Assembly (NCBI RefSeq): GCF_032444005.1
Contig: NC_091286.1
Span: 68,200,001-68,264,000 of the forward strand
Direction of reading: 5' to 3'
Length of the DNA: 64,000 nucleotides
From: Ranitomeya imitator
Lineage: Eukaryota
A program made the position numbers and the translations under genes. Below are positions 1 to 12,197 of this stretch, one piece after another. The notes below the pieces were generated by a model. That model searched no databases, had not been told where the DNA came from, and worked only from the letters and a program-made list of their open reading frames with translations. The stretch's first letter is position 1. Each line of letters begins with the position of its first letter.

Positions 1-826
1 GTGCAAATGGCCTTTCAGGGGTTATCGGCAGTGTCATTAAAAAACAACCAGAGTCGGGAAGACCTAACAGTAGGACTGGTAACTTCCGTCGTGTTGGTGT
101 TACAGGAAACGGTTGCCTGCCTTCTGTCTACGGCCACCCCACTTCTTCCTGCCTGTTGGGGTGCTATGCCTACCTCCCCCTATGTGCTGCTGTCCTCGCT
201 CTGCATGTCCTCCTGCCAGGTTGTGTCAGTTACTATATCCTCCACCACGTCTTCCAGTTCTGCACCCTGGTCCTTCTCCTGACTTTCTGGCAATGGTGTC
301 TCATCATCGTCCACCTCTTGTGACACTTTCCCACCGTCACCTTCCTGTGACCAAGGCTGCTCAAATATTTGGACATCGCAACATGCGATCTCCTCTTGCC
401 CCGCATCAAGTGGACCGGGCAAGAGGCCCGAATCTGTAAATGGAAAAATGAACAGCTCTTCGTAGTGTCCAAGTGTGGGATCAGTTGTCTCCGGGCACTC
501 GGCATGGTGGGAGGAAAGAAAATTAGGGTGAGGAATATGCGTTCCAGACTCATGGCTACAGAGACTTGACCATGTGGAAGACAGGATGGTGGTGGCAGCG
601 GCGAAGTGACTGGAAGCATTGTCCGCTATCCAACAAACAACCTTTTGACACTATTCTGGGTTCAATAGTGGTGTGCTGCGGTCCCCTAGTAATTGCGACA
701 GGAAGGGCAGGCGAGAAGGTGTGGGTGTTTGTTGTGGCACAATTTCAGCTTGTCCACGGCCTCTGCATGAACCATTACCATCACGTCCAGTTCCCTGTCC
801 CTTTCCACGCACCCATTTTAAATGGA
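1..826 (-). pseudogene. hAT transposase N-terminus: Gly/Arg-rich start, acidic region, start of BED zinc finger
   Basis: ORFs 651-848 and 180-422 share a frame and are separated by stops. The frame continues to SRLWLFFNDTADNP*KAIC at the window edge, a W-x-F-F...A-I-C BED-finger opening. Confidence 0.7.
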
Positions 827-1608
827 TGACAATATTTGCCACGTTCACTACAAGTAGATTAATTTTGAGCGCACATTTATGTGATCCGTGTGATGGAGAA
901 AGCAGTTTTAAATAGCTGGCCTGTAGGTAACTATTTTGAACAGCACACTGGTGTCAATAACTTTGCTATCACACTGCAACAAAATTTAAAGAGGCCAGAA
1001 ATGTAAGAATTTAGAGCGCACTTTTTATCTTTTATCTGTGTGATGGACAAACTAGTGTTTTAAATAGTTGACTTGTAAAAAATTATTCCGGGCCCCTGAT
1101 ACCTGGGGTTAGGACTAGAAATATCTGTAATAGCAGCAGCAGAAGACAGAACTGGAATGGACCCTCTTGCTATATCGGATATCTACACAGCTAATTATTA
1201 GTCCTCAGATGGATTGTTAGTTGATATGGATATGTGTATAATATATGGTATACCCACACTAAGTAAGAACCAAGCAAATCTCTCCGTAGCTCAGCAGCAA
1301 CGCTCCCTACACTGCCTGATTACGGAGTAGACTGATGAGCATGGCAGTGCCAGGTCTGATATAGACCTGATGACGCTGTGCGGCCAGACAATCACTGTAA
1401 TGCCACAAGCAACATGGCTGTGGCATTACTGTGTGTGGCAGACAACCCCTGCATGTTCAGTGGCTCTCTAAAGAGCTCCAGACATGCAGGGAGGGGACCC
1501 AAGCTCCCACCAAGAAACCCCGGAAACACTCAGCGAGCTCCGAGCATCGTGAGCAGCGAGATGCTCGGGAGAGTAATGAGTAGTGGCGAGCATGCACGCT
1601 TATCACTA
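1..1608 (-). mobile_element. hAT-family DNA transposon, 5' part (runs off the window start)
   Basis: Terminus CGCTTATCACTA at ~1597-1608 (reverse complement TAGTGATAAGCG, the same end type as at 30613 and 35523). It encloses a decayed transposase N-terminus. Confidence 0.65.
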
Positions 1609-2032
1609 GTATCTACCATTATATGTCACCATATGGTGGCATTATCAGTGCTGGTGTTTATATAGAGATACATTTTCAACAACAGTGTGGTGATCTCCTG
1701 TGGCTCCCCTATACCTCCGTAGTTATAATCAATCATGGCTACCTGGTTAGGGGCCATAGGCGGGCACAGACAGAAAAGGGCCCATGTGCAAGAACAATAT
1801 ATGGGCCCTTTGCAGCTTAAGAGCTCCTAAAAATGCAAAATTGCACCTTATTTAGAGATAGCAATGGTCTCCCTTATCTCTTGGGCCCATATGTGGCTGC
1901 ACAGGTTGCACTAATGATAAGTCCACCTGTTAGGGACCCACTCACATGTTTCGCCCCCCGTGAGCTGAACCCCTAGCTACGCCTCTGCATAGTATGTAAG
2001 GCTGTTATGGGGTTTGGTGCCACCCGAGTTAA

Positions 2033-3860
2033 CCCCCTAGTGACCGAGCCAATTTTTAACTTCATGACCAAACCAAATGTTACAATTCTGACCAGTCACT
2101 TTATGAGGTAACGGATCCCACTGATTTTGATAATTTTTTTAATGACATTCTTTCTTCTTCATGATGGTGGTAAAATTTCTTCGATATGAATTGCGTTTAT
2201 TGGTTTTAAAAAAATTTAAAAAAATAAGGAAATCGGGCAAAAATTTTACAATTTTAATTTAATGCCCTTAAAGGGACACTGTCACCTGGATTTGGAGGGA
2301 ACAATCTTCAGCCATGGAGGCGGGGTTTTTGATTCACCCTTTCCTTACCCGCTGGCTGCATGCTGGCTGCAATATTGGATTGAAGTTCATTCTCTGTCCT
2401 CCGTAGTACACGCCTGCGCAAGGCAAGATTGCCTTGTGCAGGCGTGTACTACGGAGGACAGAGAATGAACTTCAATCCAATATTGCAGCCAGCATGCAGC
2501 CAGCGGGTAAGGAAAGGGTGAATCAAAAACCCCAAAACCCCGCCTCCATGGCTGAAGATTGTTCCCTCCAAATCCAGGTGACAGTGTCCCTTTAAATCAG
2601 AGCATTATGTCACACAAAATAAAACATTTCCCACAAGTCTGCTTTACATCAGCACAATTTAAACAATTTTATGTTGTTAGGAAGTTATAAGGGTTAAAAG
2701 TTGACCTGCGATCTAAAAAAAAAAAATTACAATTTTTTTTGTAAGGGACCACATCATAATTGAAGTGACTTTGAGAGGTCTACATGACAGAAAACTAAAA
2801 GATCCACCTTTCTAAAACTGCACTCCTCAAGGTGCGCAAAGCCACGATCAAGAAGTTTATTAACCCTTCAGGTGCCGCTCAGGAACTGAAGCAATGTGGA
2901 AGCAAAAAAATGTACTTTTTTTTTTTTTTTCACAAAAAAGTTAACTTTAACTCTAAATATTTTAACAGGAGAAAATGGACCCTATAATAAGTTATGCAAT
3001 TTCTCCCGTGTATGCAGATATCCCATATGTGGGGCTAAGCCACTGTTTGGGTAAACAGCAGGACTCGAAAGGGAAGGAGCACAGTTTCACTTTTTGAAAA
3101 CAAAATTGTCTGGAATCGAGAGCAGATGTCATGTGGCATTTGGAAAGCTCCTTATGTGCCTAAACAGTAGAAACACTCCACAAGTGACCCTATTTTATTA
3201 ACTAGACCCCTTTAGCAATGTATCTAGATGTGTGGTAAGCACCTTGAACCGTCAAGGTGCTTCACAGAAGTTCATAACAGCTGTGAAAATTTGGGCACAT
3301 GGCAGGGCTCGGAAGGGAAAGCGTGATGTTTTAGAACGCAGACTTTGATGAAATGGTCTGTAGTTGTCATGTCACATTTGGAGAGCGCCCAAGGAATTCA
3401 TATTGGTGTGTAGTAATTCTTTTGATCTCATAGGTGCCACACAGAATTTTATAACATTGAGACGTGAAAATATGACATTTTGGTGGTGAATGTAATTTTT
3501 ATATTTGTTGCAAATTTGTCAAGTATACAAGGTAGACCCCACAATTTCTTGTGCAATTTCTCCCTAATACTGTCCTGCCACATACGTTGTCAGAAATTAC
3601 TTTTAGGTCACACGCTAGGGCTGAGAAGGAAGGAGCGCCATTTGGCTTTTGGAGCACAGATTTTGCTAGAGTAGATGGCGGGCGACATTTGCACAGCCCT
3701 GAAAGTGCCAAAATAACAGAAAACCCCCAAAGTAATCCCACTGTAGAAAGTCTCTCAATGAATTTATCTACAGATAAAGTGATTTTTTTTTTGATTTTTT
3801 TTAGATTAACATCCACACCAGGATTTTTTTCTGGAGAACTACAAATCTGCTAATGTACCC
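2033..3860 (-). mobile_element. Non-autonomous piggyBac-like element, truncated, reverse orientation
   Basis: TTAA (2029-2032) followed by CCCCCTAGTGACCGAGCCAATTTT, the reverse complement of the end at 15200-15217. Internal sequence resembles 18560-20590. Confidence 0.65.
2272..2591. mobile_element. T2/Kolobok-type palindromic MITE
   Basis: TTAA on both sides (2268-2271, 2592-2595), termini AGGGACACTGTCACC/GGTGACAGTGTCCCT, near-perfect ~160-bp arms centred at ~2427. Confidence 0.9.
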
Positions 3861-3879
3861 ACACATTGTGTCACCATTC

Positions 3880-4430
3880 AGTGTAGAGCTTCCTAATTGT
3901 TAAAGCTCAGGCGAAAGGTGCGTCGGGTGCGGGATGGAACGGGTTCTCTCACTGGTTAGTATTCCACTTGATCTCCTTATTGCACTTTATGGCACTATGA
4001 CACTTTGTCCTTATAGGAGTATTCCTTTATGTTTGCCATAGCCATTTATAAATGGGTGACAGTATTTATTTATTTCAGGATACACTGCACTTTTTGATAT
4101 TTGATATTGGCATGTACAATATTCTTTAAATGATAATCACCCTACACGCCATTACCTTATTATAGGTTTTGGGATCATGCAATGTGGTTACTTAACTTGA
4201 GATACACTGCATATGTTCTATTGTCCACACAATAATAATTTCTGGAATTTACCTACATGGTTTTGAATTTATGCTAGATTATTGTTAATGGTGTGGTAAT
4301 TTACATATATCCTGTGACATCCTGCTTTTATATCCACCTTATCTGTGTTCCCCTGCACTATTTATTTGTTGTATAATTTTGATATAATAAAATTATGATT
4401 TTCTATATATTTTGGAGTTGTGCATCATAA
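3880..4430 (+). mobile_element. Possible degenerate Penelope-like pseudo-LTR
   Basis: GCGAAAGGTGCGTCGGG at 3911-3927 resembles GAAAC-NNNN-GTC; AATAAA at 4386 is followed by GGAGTTGTGC at 4414. Confidence 0.35.
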
Positions 4431-4556
4431 TTATAGGTGGTATAGTATTGAGTGGATACACTCTATTTACTATATATTGTTTTGGTTCTGTATATTGACC
4501 GGTCAGTAACATACAAATTATTCATAGTACAGCTGCAGCTCACACAACATAATTAA

Positions 4557-5177
4557 AGGGAATCTGTCACCCCACTTTAGGCTTATAAGCTAAGGCAACC
4601 GCCATCAGGGACTTAACTACAGCATTCTATAATGCTGTAGATAAGCCCCAGATGTCACCTATAAGATAAGAAAAACAAGTTAGATTATACTCACCCAGGG
4701 GCGGTCCGGTCCGATGGGAGTCGCGGTCCGGGTCCGGTGCCTCCCATCTTCATACAATGAAGTCCTCTTCTTTGCTTCCTGTTGCGGCTCCTGCGCAGGC
4801 GTACTTTATCTGTCCTGTTGAGGGCAAAGCAAAGTACTGCAGTGCGCAGGCGCCGGGCCTCCCTGACCTTTCCCCGATGCCTGCGCACTGCAGTACTTTG
4901 CTCTGCCCTCAATGGGGCAGACAAATTACGCCTGCGCCGGAGCTCCGACAGGAAGCAAAGAAGAGGACGTCATCGTATGACGATGGAGGTGCCGGACCAG
5001 AAAGACTACGCCCGTCGGACCGGATCGGGACCACCCCGGGTGAGTATAATCTAACTTGGTTTTTTTATCTTTCAGGATACATCGGGGGCTTATCTACAGC
5101 ATTACATAATGCTGTAGATAAGCCCCTGATGGCGGTGGCCTAAGCTTATAGGCCTAAAATGGGGTGACAGATTCCCT
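4557..5177. mobile_element. T2/Kolobok-type palindromic MITE
   Basis: TTAA TSD (4553-4556, 5178-5181), termini AGGGAATCTGTCACCCC/GGGGTGACAGATTCCCT, long self-complementary arms. Confidence 0.9.
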
Positions 5178-5544
5178 TTAAAATCTGTTTGCTGGTAACA
5201 TGTATTATGGAGAATCATATTAAATGTTATGTAAGCAATGACTGAAATATAAAATATTAAATATCTTCTTATTTCAACATCACTTCAATTGTTTCTCTTA
5301 AAAGGCATCATTTATTTATAAAAAGTAGATTACATTCTGAGACGTGGCCAGCTCAGTGCTTGGCGTTAAACTGCAAGTATGTCTCTACTAGAATATTAAT
5401 TCATCTGAGTATGAATATGAATGGAGAAAGCATCCCAAGTAGCAGTGGCAATTTAATTTGCCAATACAACGCAAACATGCATCTTTATGCATTAAAATAA
5501 TGCTCTTACAGTCACCTTATGTTTAATGGGTAAAGAAGTGCCTA

Positions 5545-6203
5545 AAGAGGTTGCCAATACAATGTATATTGTGCACATAGATTTAAACCTATATATAGGT
5601 CACTCCGTTCCAATCATGTGTCCGCCGGCTGCAGCCACCGGTGATGTCACTCACAACCTTCTGGACTTTGGAAGTTGACCTTACATCACCGAGGCGTTAC
5701 CCAGTCTCACGCAGTCCACCTCATTGACTGGGCTGTCACAGCACAATATCAAGTACACGCTTGCGGGCTCTTCCAATGAAAGCAGAAGAGACAGAAAGCT
5801 TCTACATCGCACGCTGGATACCAGGCTGTGCCATGCGGTGAAACACTGCCACAGCCCAATCAATCAGGAGCAGTGCATGAGACCGGATCACGACTGTGAT
5901 ACAAGGTCAACTTCTGATCATCCGCAGTGAGGTTGTCAGAAACCAGTACGTGCACACCTGGCTTCAGATGATCAATGATGCAAGGGTAAGTAGCCGCCCA
6001 TAGGGGCGTAATAATTTGTTAAGGGGCCGACTAGTCTGGGGACACCAACACCCCCTCGACTAATCAAAGCCCTCATTTACATATCAAAGACTTCATAAGT
6101 ACTTTTTCTAAAGATCTGTTTAATGTAATAAAAGGACTGTTAGGCTGGGTATTTATATATGCAGACAACTTCTGGTGGTTCTGGGGCACCTGATCAGTTC
6201 CCT
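5545..6203. mobile_element. Degenerate T2-type MITE
   Basis: Right end GATCAGTTCCCT-TTAA at 6192-6207. The left end is only tentatively CTAAAGAGGTTGCC near 5543. Confidence 0.4.
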
Positions 6204-7565
6204 TTAACCCCTTTATGTCCAATGACGAACATAGCACATCAGGCAGGTGTCAGTTCCAGCTCCATGACGCACTATGCCCATCATGACTTAGCTGTTACTG
6301 CGTGTAAACATGCAGTGACCTGTCAGCGCTGACAGATGTCACTGACCACTGAGAGGCACAGGAAGAGGAGCAGGGATCCATACAGTTGGTCCCTGCACCT
6401 GAATCGCTGTGATTGGCCAGTCAGTCTGACTGACCGGTCACCGCATGATCGAACAGATGCTGAAATATCAGCACCTCGTGCCTGATCAGTGCAGGAGCTC
6501 AGAGCTGCCAGTGGCGGAGCTTCTGCACCATCAACCTGGAGCGGTGTCAATGCCGCCCCTGGCTGTTAACCCCTAAGTGCTATCGCAAGATTCAAGATGC
6601 AGGCAGAGGGATAGGAGTTCCCCCTGCCTTCAAATAAGCGCAATGTCATAGCGGGGGCCCAATAGTTTCCATTGTAACCATGGGTTGTCATGATGACCCC
6701 AGGGTCACCAAGCTACGGAAAGCTTCTGAAACAATGCTCAGAGCATGTTCTCAGAAGCTTTTATAGTATTGCTATAATGCACTGCAATGCATTGTACCCG
6801 AAATCAAAATAAAAAAAGTCCCATAGAGGGACCAAGTAAAAATATATAAAAAATAAAAAAAATGAAAACACTAAATACAAAGATGTAAACTAAAACAAAA
6901 AAAGTACACATTTGATATTGCTGCATCCGGAACAATCCGATCTATTAAAGTGTCACACCAGTTAACCCCCTTTCAGTGAAAGCTGTATATAAAAAAAAGT
7001 AACAAACTATGCTTTAACAGAATAAATCAGCTCAGAATAAAGCGATGCAAAATTATAATTTTTATGAAAGTTTTCGTGTAAAATTACAAAAAAAGCTACA
7101 CAAATGTGGCATTGCTGTAATCACACTGACCTGAAGAATAAAGCTGCCTGATCAATTTTACTACACGCAGAACGACATTAAAAAATATAAATAAATCTGG
7201 AACTGCTGTTTTTTGTTCATTCGGCCTCCATAAAAATCAAAATAGAAAGCAATCAATAAAGTTTTGTGACTGAAAATCGTGTCATTAAAAAAAGTCAACT
7301 GATCCTGCAAAAAACAAGCCTTCACATGACTGTCGAACGAAATATGGAAAAATTATAGCTTTCAAAATACGGTGAATAAAAATCATCTTTCAGTGTATGA
7401 CTGCAGCAAAACATAGAAACCAGATCTAAATCTGGTATCGCTATAATCAAACCAACCTGAAGAATAAAGTAAAGTAGTCTAATGCACGAGGAACAGCATG
7501 AAAAATAAAGCCAATTCTGCACCTGCTGTTGATTTGTTGATTCTGCCTCTTAAAGATCACAGTAA

Positions 7566-7957
7566 GGCTCGGCTCACATTTATTTAGCGCTCTGCCATGA
7601 GCACTTGCACCGGGGTTTCTTAGTAAATCTCTAAAATACGTGGTTCAGACGGAACCCTCAGAGGACGATTCCCTATAATGAGGCACGTAGTGACACTGTG
7701 GACGCAGTCTAACCTATGATCCGGAGGGGAGGTGTCTGTATTTTTAGGTGTGCATATAAGTGCAGTCAGCCACAGATTTGTGCACTCCTGAAAAGAAGGA
7801 CAACGATGAGGCCAGACTGAGTCCAGAATAACCCTGCTGCCTCATTATAGTGAATGGATCCCTTGGGGTTTCATCTGAATCGCATCACTCACAGATTAAA
7901 ATGGAAACCCCAATGTAAGTGCTCAATGTAAAGCACCAGATAAATGTGATCCAAAAT
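7566..7957. mobile_element. Degenerate PIF/Harbinger-type MITE
   Basis: TAA-GGCTCGGCTCACATTTAT...ATAAATGTGATCC with internal inverted symmetry. Confidence 0.55.
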
Positions 7958-8854
7958 GTTATATAAAAATTGTAAAATGTTCCCAGTAAAAGCTTTAACT
8001 CAATCCACGAAAAAAAAAGAAAAAAAAAAAAATCAAGTTCCCGCTCAGCTCCATTAACGCAAATATAGTGGGTTTCCATGTTAATGGTAGTGCAAAGGCT
8101 CTGGAAAAGCGAAATGAAATTCAGCGAATTCTACGCTCCCAAATCCAAATGTCCCCCTTCCTTCTGAGCCCCAATGTGCATAAGTCACCTTTAGCGTCCA
8201 CATGTTTGGCGGGGGAATAATTTCAGAAATGGGGTCACTTGAGGGGATTCTGCTCTTCTAGCAATTAGGAGCTTTGTATATTGAGTCAGCAAACTAGTCT
8301 AGGAAAATCTGTGCTCCAAGAGGCAAATAGCACTCTTTACCTCCAGAGTCTCGCTGTGTGGCTAAGCAGTACTATACGGCAACATATAGGGTATTTTTAC
8401 ATTCAGCAGAAATTTTGGGACAAATTTTGGTGTTCTATTTATCCATTTTCCTTGTGAAAATGTAAAATCTTGGGCTAAAACAATTTTTGTGGTAAAAATG
8501 TAATTTTTTTTCTTCTGTACTGCCCAATGGCATAAAAATCTGTGACCCACCTGTGATGTCAGTTCTGGCACTACAAGGACTCTCCTAGTGGGTCATGGCA
8601 CCGTAACCGTAAAATCTGCAGAATAAAAAGGCGTTCCTTCCCTTCTAAGCTTTGCACTGTGCCTCAAAAGTAGTTCCCAATTACATGCAGGATTTTGGTG
8701 CACTCAGGGAAAAATAAACCTCAGTATGTTTTGCAATTTATCCTATTTGTCGTTATACAAATTAAATTTGGGACTAAAACAACATGTTAATGGAAGAAAT
8801 GTAATTATTCTTTCTTCATCGCTTAAAAGTAATAAATTCTGTGAGGCACATGTG

Positions 8855-10507
8855 GGTTCCCTGAAAAATGCCCACAGGAAAATTGCCCACACGGAAATTT
8901 GCCAATTGCAGCATCACAAAGTTTCAGATCTATGATATTTGAGGTGAAAGGTGAGGATGTTCACATGATGTGTAATCAACTTGTGATTTACAGCTGACCT
9001 AGTGCAAAACTGCAAACATGCTGAAGATCTGTGGTTTGTAGCAGTCTGTCATTATCAGCAATAGATAGATCTAGTCTGCTCTCATCTCACTGATTCAGCC
9101 TTACTCCTCCCACCAGCCCAGAACAGCAGCACAATGCATGCAGAAACAGCAGCAGTATGCTGCAGAGGAGCCATCACTGCTATCAGTACCCACAAAAGAA
9201 TCACTATTATCTGTGGAGTTACATGGGACTGCAGGTCATATCTAATACATCATCATCTCAGTGGGTGCCCACCAAAAGCAGGGTGCTGCTGGCTGAGATA
9301 GATGGTCCTGGAATCACCGCAGAAAGGTGAGATTCTGTCAGAATCTGTCAGAGGAGCGGAAGTGCCATAGCAGCTCCGCTCTCCCATTGACTTCAGTGGC
9401 AGTAAATCTGGGGCCTGCACTTCATTCCCTGTCCACTTATGGCTACCAAGAGTAAGGCTATGTGCACACGTAGGAAATGTGGTGCAGAATTTTCTGCACT
9501 AAATGTTTCATCTCCTGGCAGAATCCGCAGGTGCGTTTATTATGCATTTTTTGTGCAGATTTTACCACTGTGGATTTCTATAATGGAGGGGTGCAGAAAC
9601 GCTGCAGAACTGCACAAAAGAAGTGACATGCACTTCTTTGAAATCTGCAGCGTTTCGAAGCAGATTTTTCTGCACCATGCGCACAGCTTTTTTTGTTTTT
9701 TTTTTACATTGATTTACATTGTACTGTAAATCACAGTGCAGTTCTGCAGCGCTTCTGCTGCAGAAAAATCTGCTGCAGTTCTGCACTTAATCTGCATCGT
9801 GTGCACATACCCTAAGAGTGAACAAATCCTATGTAGTCATGTATCATACACATATACTGCAGGTGCAGGCAGGCATAGGATGGAAGGAAATGCAGAGTGG
9901 ATTTGAATAAGGGTCTCTAGGCCCAAACACAGCACAATGAGAGTGGAATTATTGTTAGCACAGTGGAATGACAAGAACAGAATCCGTACTCTGGTACTAG
10001 GGATGAGTGAACCGAACCTGTAGAACCTGGAGAAGTTAACTGGGCCCAGAAACCTTTGTTGAAATCCATTCTGCATTTTCTTTGCTGCATGTGTTGTGCT
10101 GTATTCTATTTCAATGGAGCCCATGGAAGTCAAGGACAATCACCCGGCAGCTAATCAAGTTATTGTTATTAGAACTCATTAATAAACTGTTCTTAATAAA
10201 CTTGTCGGTAGTTTTTTTATGTGGGCAATTTTCGCAGACATTCTTCTGTGCTGCAGAGCATCTCACCTATAATTCTATATTATTCTTCTGCCCTGCAGAG
10301 CATCCCACGTATACATGCATATACTATCCCTCTGTCCTACAGAGCATTTAACCTATAATTCAGCCTGTGGGCAATTTTCTGTGGGCATTCTTCACCTTGC
10401 ACCTCAAATATCATGGATCTGAAACTTTTTGATGCTGCAATTGGCAATTTTTTGTGTGGGCAATTTTCCGTGTGGGCAATTTTCATGTGGGCATTTTTCT
10501 GGTCACC
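8855..10507. mobile_element. Unclassified TIR element with ~110-bp inverted ends
   Basis: 8855-8960 is the reverse complement of ~10385-10507. Both ends carry tandem GAAAATTGCCCACA motifs. No clear TSD. Confidence 0.65.
9456..9812 (+). mobile_element. PIF/Harbinger-type MITE (GGCTATGTGCACACG family)
   Basis: TAA TSD (9453-9455, 9813-9815); TIR GGCTATGTGCACACG/CGTGTGCACATACCC. Confidence 0.85.
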
Positions 10508-11540
10508 GGTTTTGAGCACCTTGAGGGGTGCAGTTTTTAGAATGGTGTCACTGAAGGGTACTTTATGTTCATAAAGATCCCTCAAAGTCACTTTAAATGT
10601 GATGTGGTCTCAAAAAAAAAAATGGTTTTATAAATCATGTTGGAAAAATGAGAGCTTGCTGGTCAACAATTAAAAAGTTTAAACATCTTAAAGAAAAACA
10701 GTTTCAAAAAAATTGTGCTGATGTAAGGTAGACATGTGGGAAATGTTATGTATTATTTTGAGTGGCATAACGGATTTAAAATGTAAATTCAAAGTTTGAA
10801 AATTGTGAAATTTTCAACATTTTTGCCAACTGTTCGATTTTTTTTTGTCTACAAATAAATGCAAGTCATAACGAAGAAATTTTATCACTACCATGAAAGG
10901 CAATATGTCACGAAAAAAAAACAATCTCAGAATCAGTGGGGTCTAGTGAATCGTTCGAGTTATTACCTCATAGTGACAGTGGTCAGATTTAAAAAAAAAA
11001 AAACAACCCAGAAAGTGGTTACATCCTTACAGGGTTAAGAGTATGCTCATAGATCACACCATGTTGGGAAAAACGCCTCATTGTAATGTCCCAGCACAGT
11101 GAAATCATTTTTCTGAAATCTTATACACGTTGCTTATTTTTTCCTTGCATATTTGAAGCGGTCTCAATTCTTTAAGGGTAGGTGCCCACAATCCAGAATA
11201 TCAGCGTTTTGGAAGGTCACCTGCCTTATGTTCTTACAATAGAAGCACAGTGGATGGGATTTATAGAAATACCATACCTGCTGCGCTTCTATTTACCACT
11301 GTGTAAACTCATGCTGAGGCCCGTAAACCCATGCTGGGGCTGTCAATTTCAACAATAGAATGTATTGGATGAGATAAATCCACATGGTTCAGTGAACACA
11401 TGCGGATTTACCTGCGCGATTAGAAAGCTTTTTTTGGACGCAGCAAAAATATGCAGAGTTCAAAAAGTCACTACTTCCTGAACTTGGGGATGTACTACCA
11501 AGAGAAAATCATTTCATAATGTCTGCAAATACTTGGTGTG

Positions 11541-11565
11541 TACACACACACACACACACACACAC
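11541..11565. repeat. (AC)n microsatellite
   Basis: Direct reading; it overlaps the expected TIR CACAC of 11535-13552. Confidence 0.95.
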
Positions 11566-12197
11566 GTCCTGATATTTCCAGTACCGGAAAAGTCCGTGAT
11601 CGTGTGTGTAATACTTGTGGCACCCGTGTGGCAACAGTGTGCCACATCAGTACCACACACACGGGAACTAGGGAAGAAGTGGTACAGTAAGCGCTGTTTT
11701 CTGGTGGCAGGTGCTGAAGACTGCTCTCACCATTCTCCCCTGCTCTGCTGGCGATCAGCATGATTGGGAAAGAATGATGAGAGTTATAATCAAGTTTCAG
11801 TGACAGAAGGCGGTAGCTGATAGAACTATTACAATAAAGAATTTCTCAAGATGATGTGCTGTGAAGTCACTGAGCTTTAACTGCAGTGACCTCATCACTG
11901 ACTTTTTCCCACGGTACTGAGGTCACTGCAGATCTGCCATGATGAGGAATGGCAGCTTCACTGACCAGCGATAAACTCAATGTCACCGCTAGTAACTGAT
12001 GCTGCACTCAACAGCTCGTTCACCAGTGGTTCTCAGTCTGGACGGTCGCATCTTTGCACCGTCCAGGTTGAAAACTAATTATTCCCAGACATGGATTATG
12101 GTGTGTGACAGAACGACAGACTGGTGAGAGATATTGTTTTTTTATTTTATTACAGGAGACTAGGGATTCAGTGGAATTAGGAGTTAGGCGAGTATAA

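Larger units (their letters stand above)
6208..11034 (+). mobile_element. Large non-autonomous piggyBac-like element with nested insertions
   Basis: TTAA-CCCCTTTATGTCC at the left end and CCTTACAGGG-TTAA at the right. Internal blocks resemble 46543-55298 and 19990-20592. Pairing of the two ends is uncertain. Confidence 0.55.
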
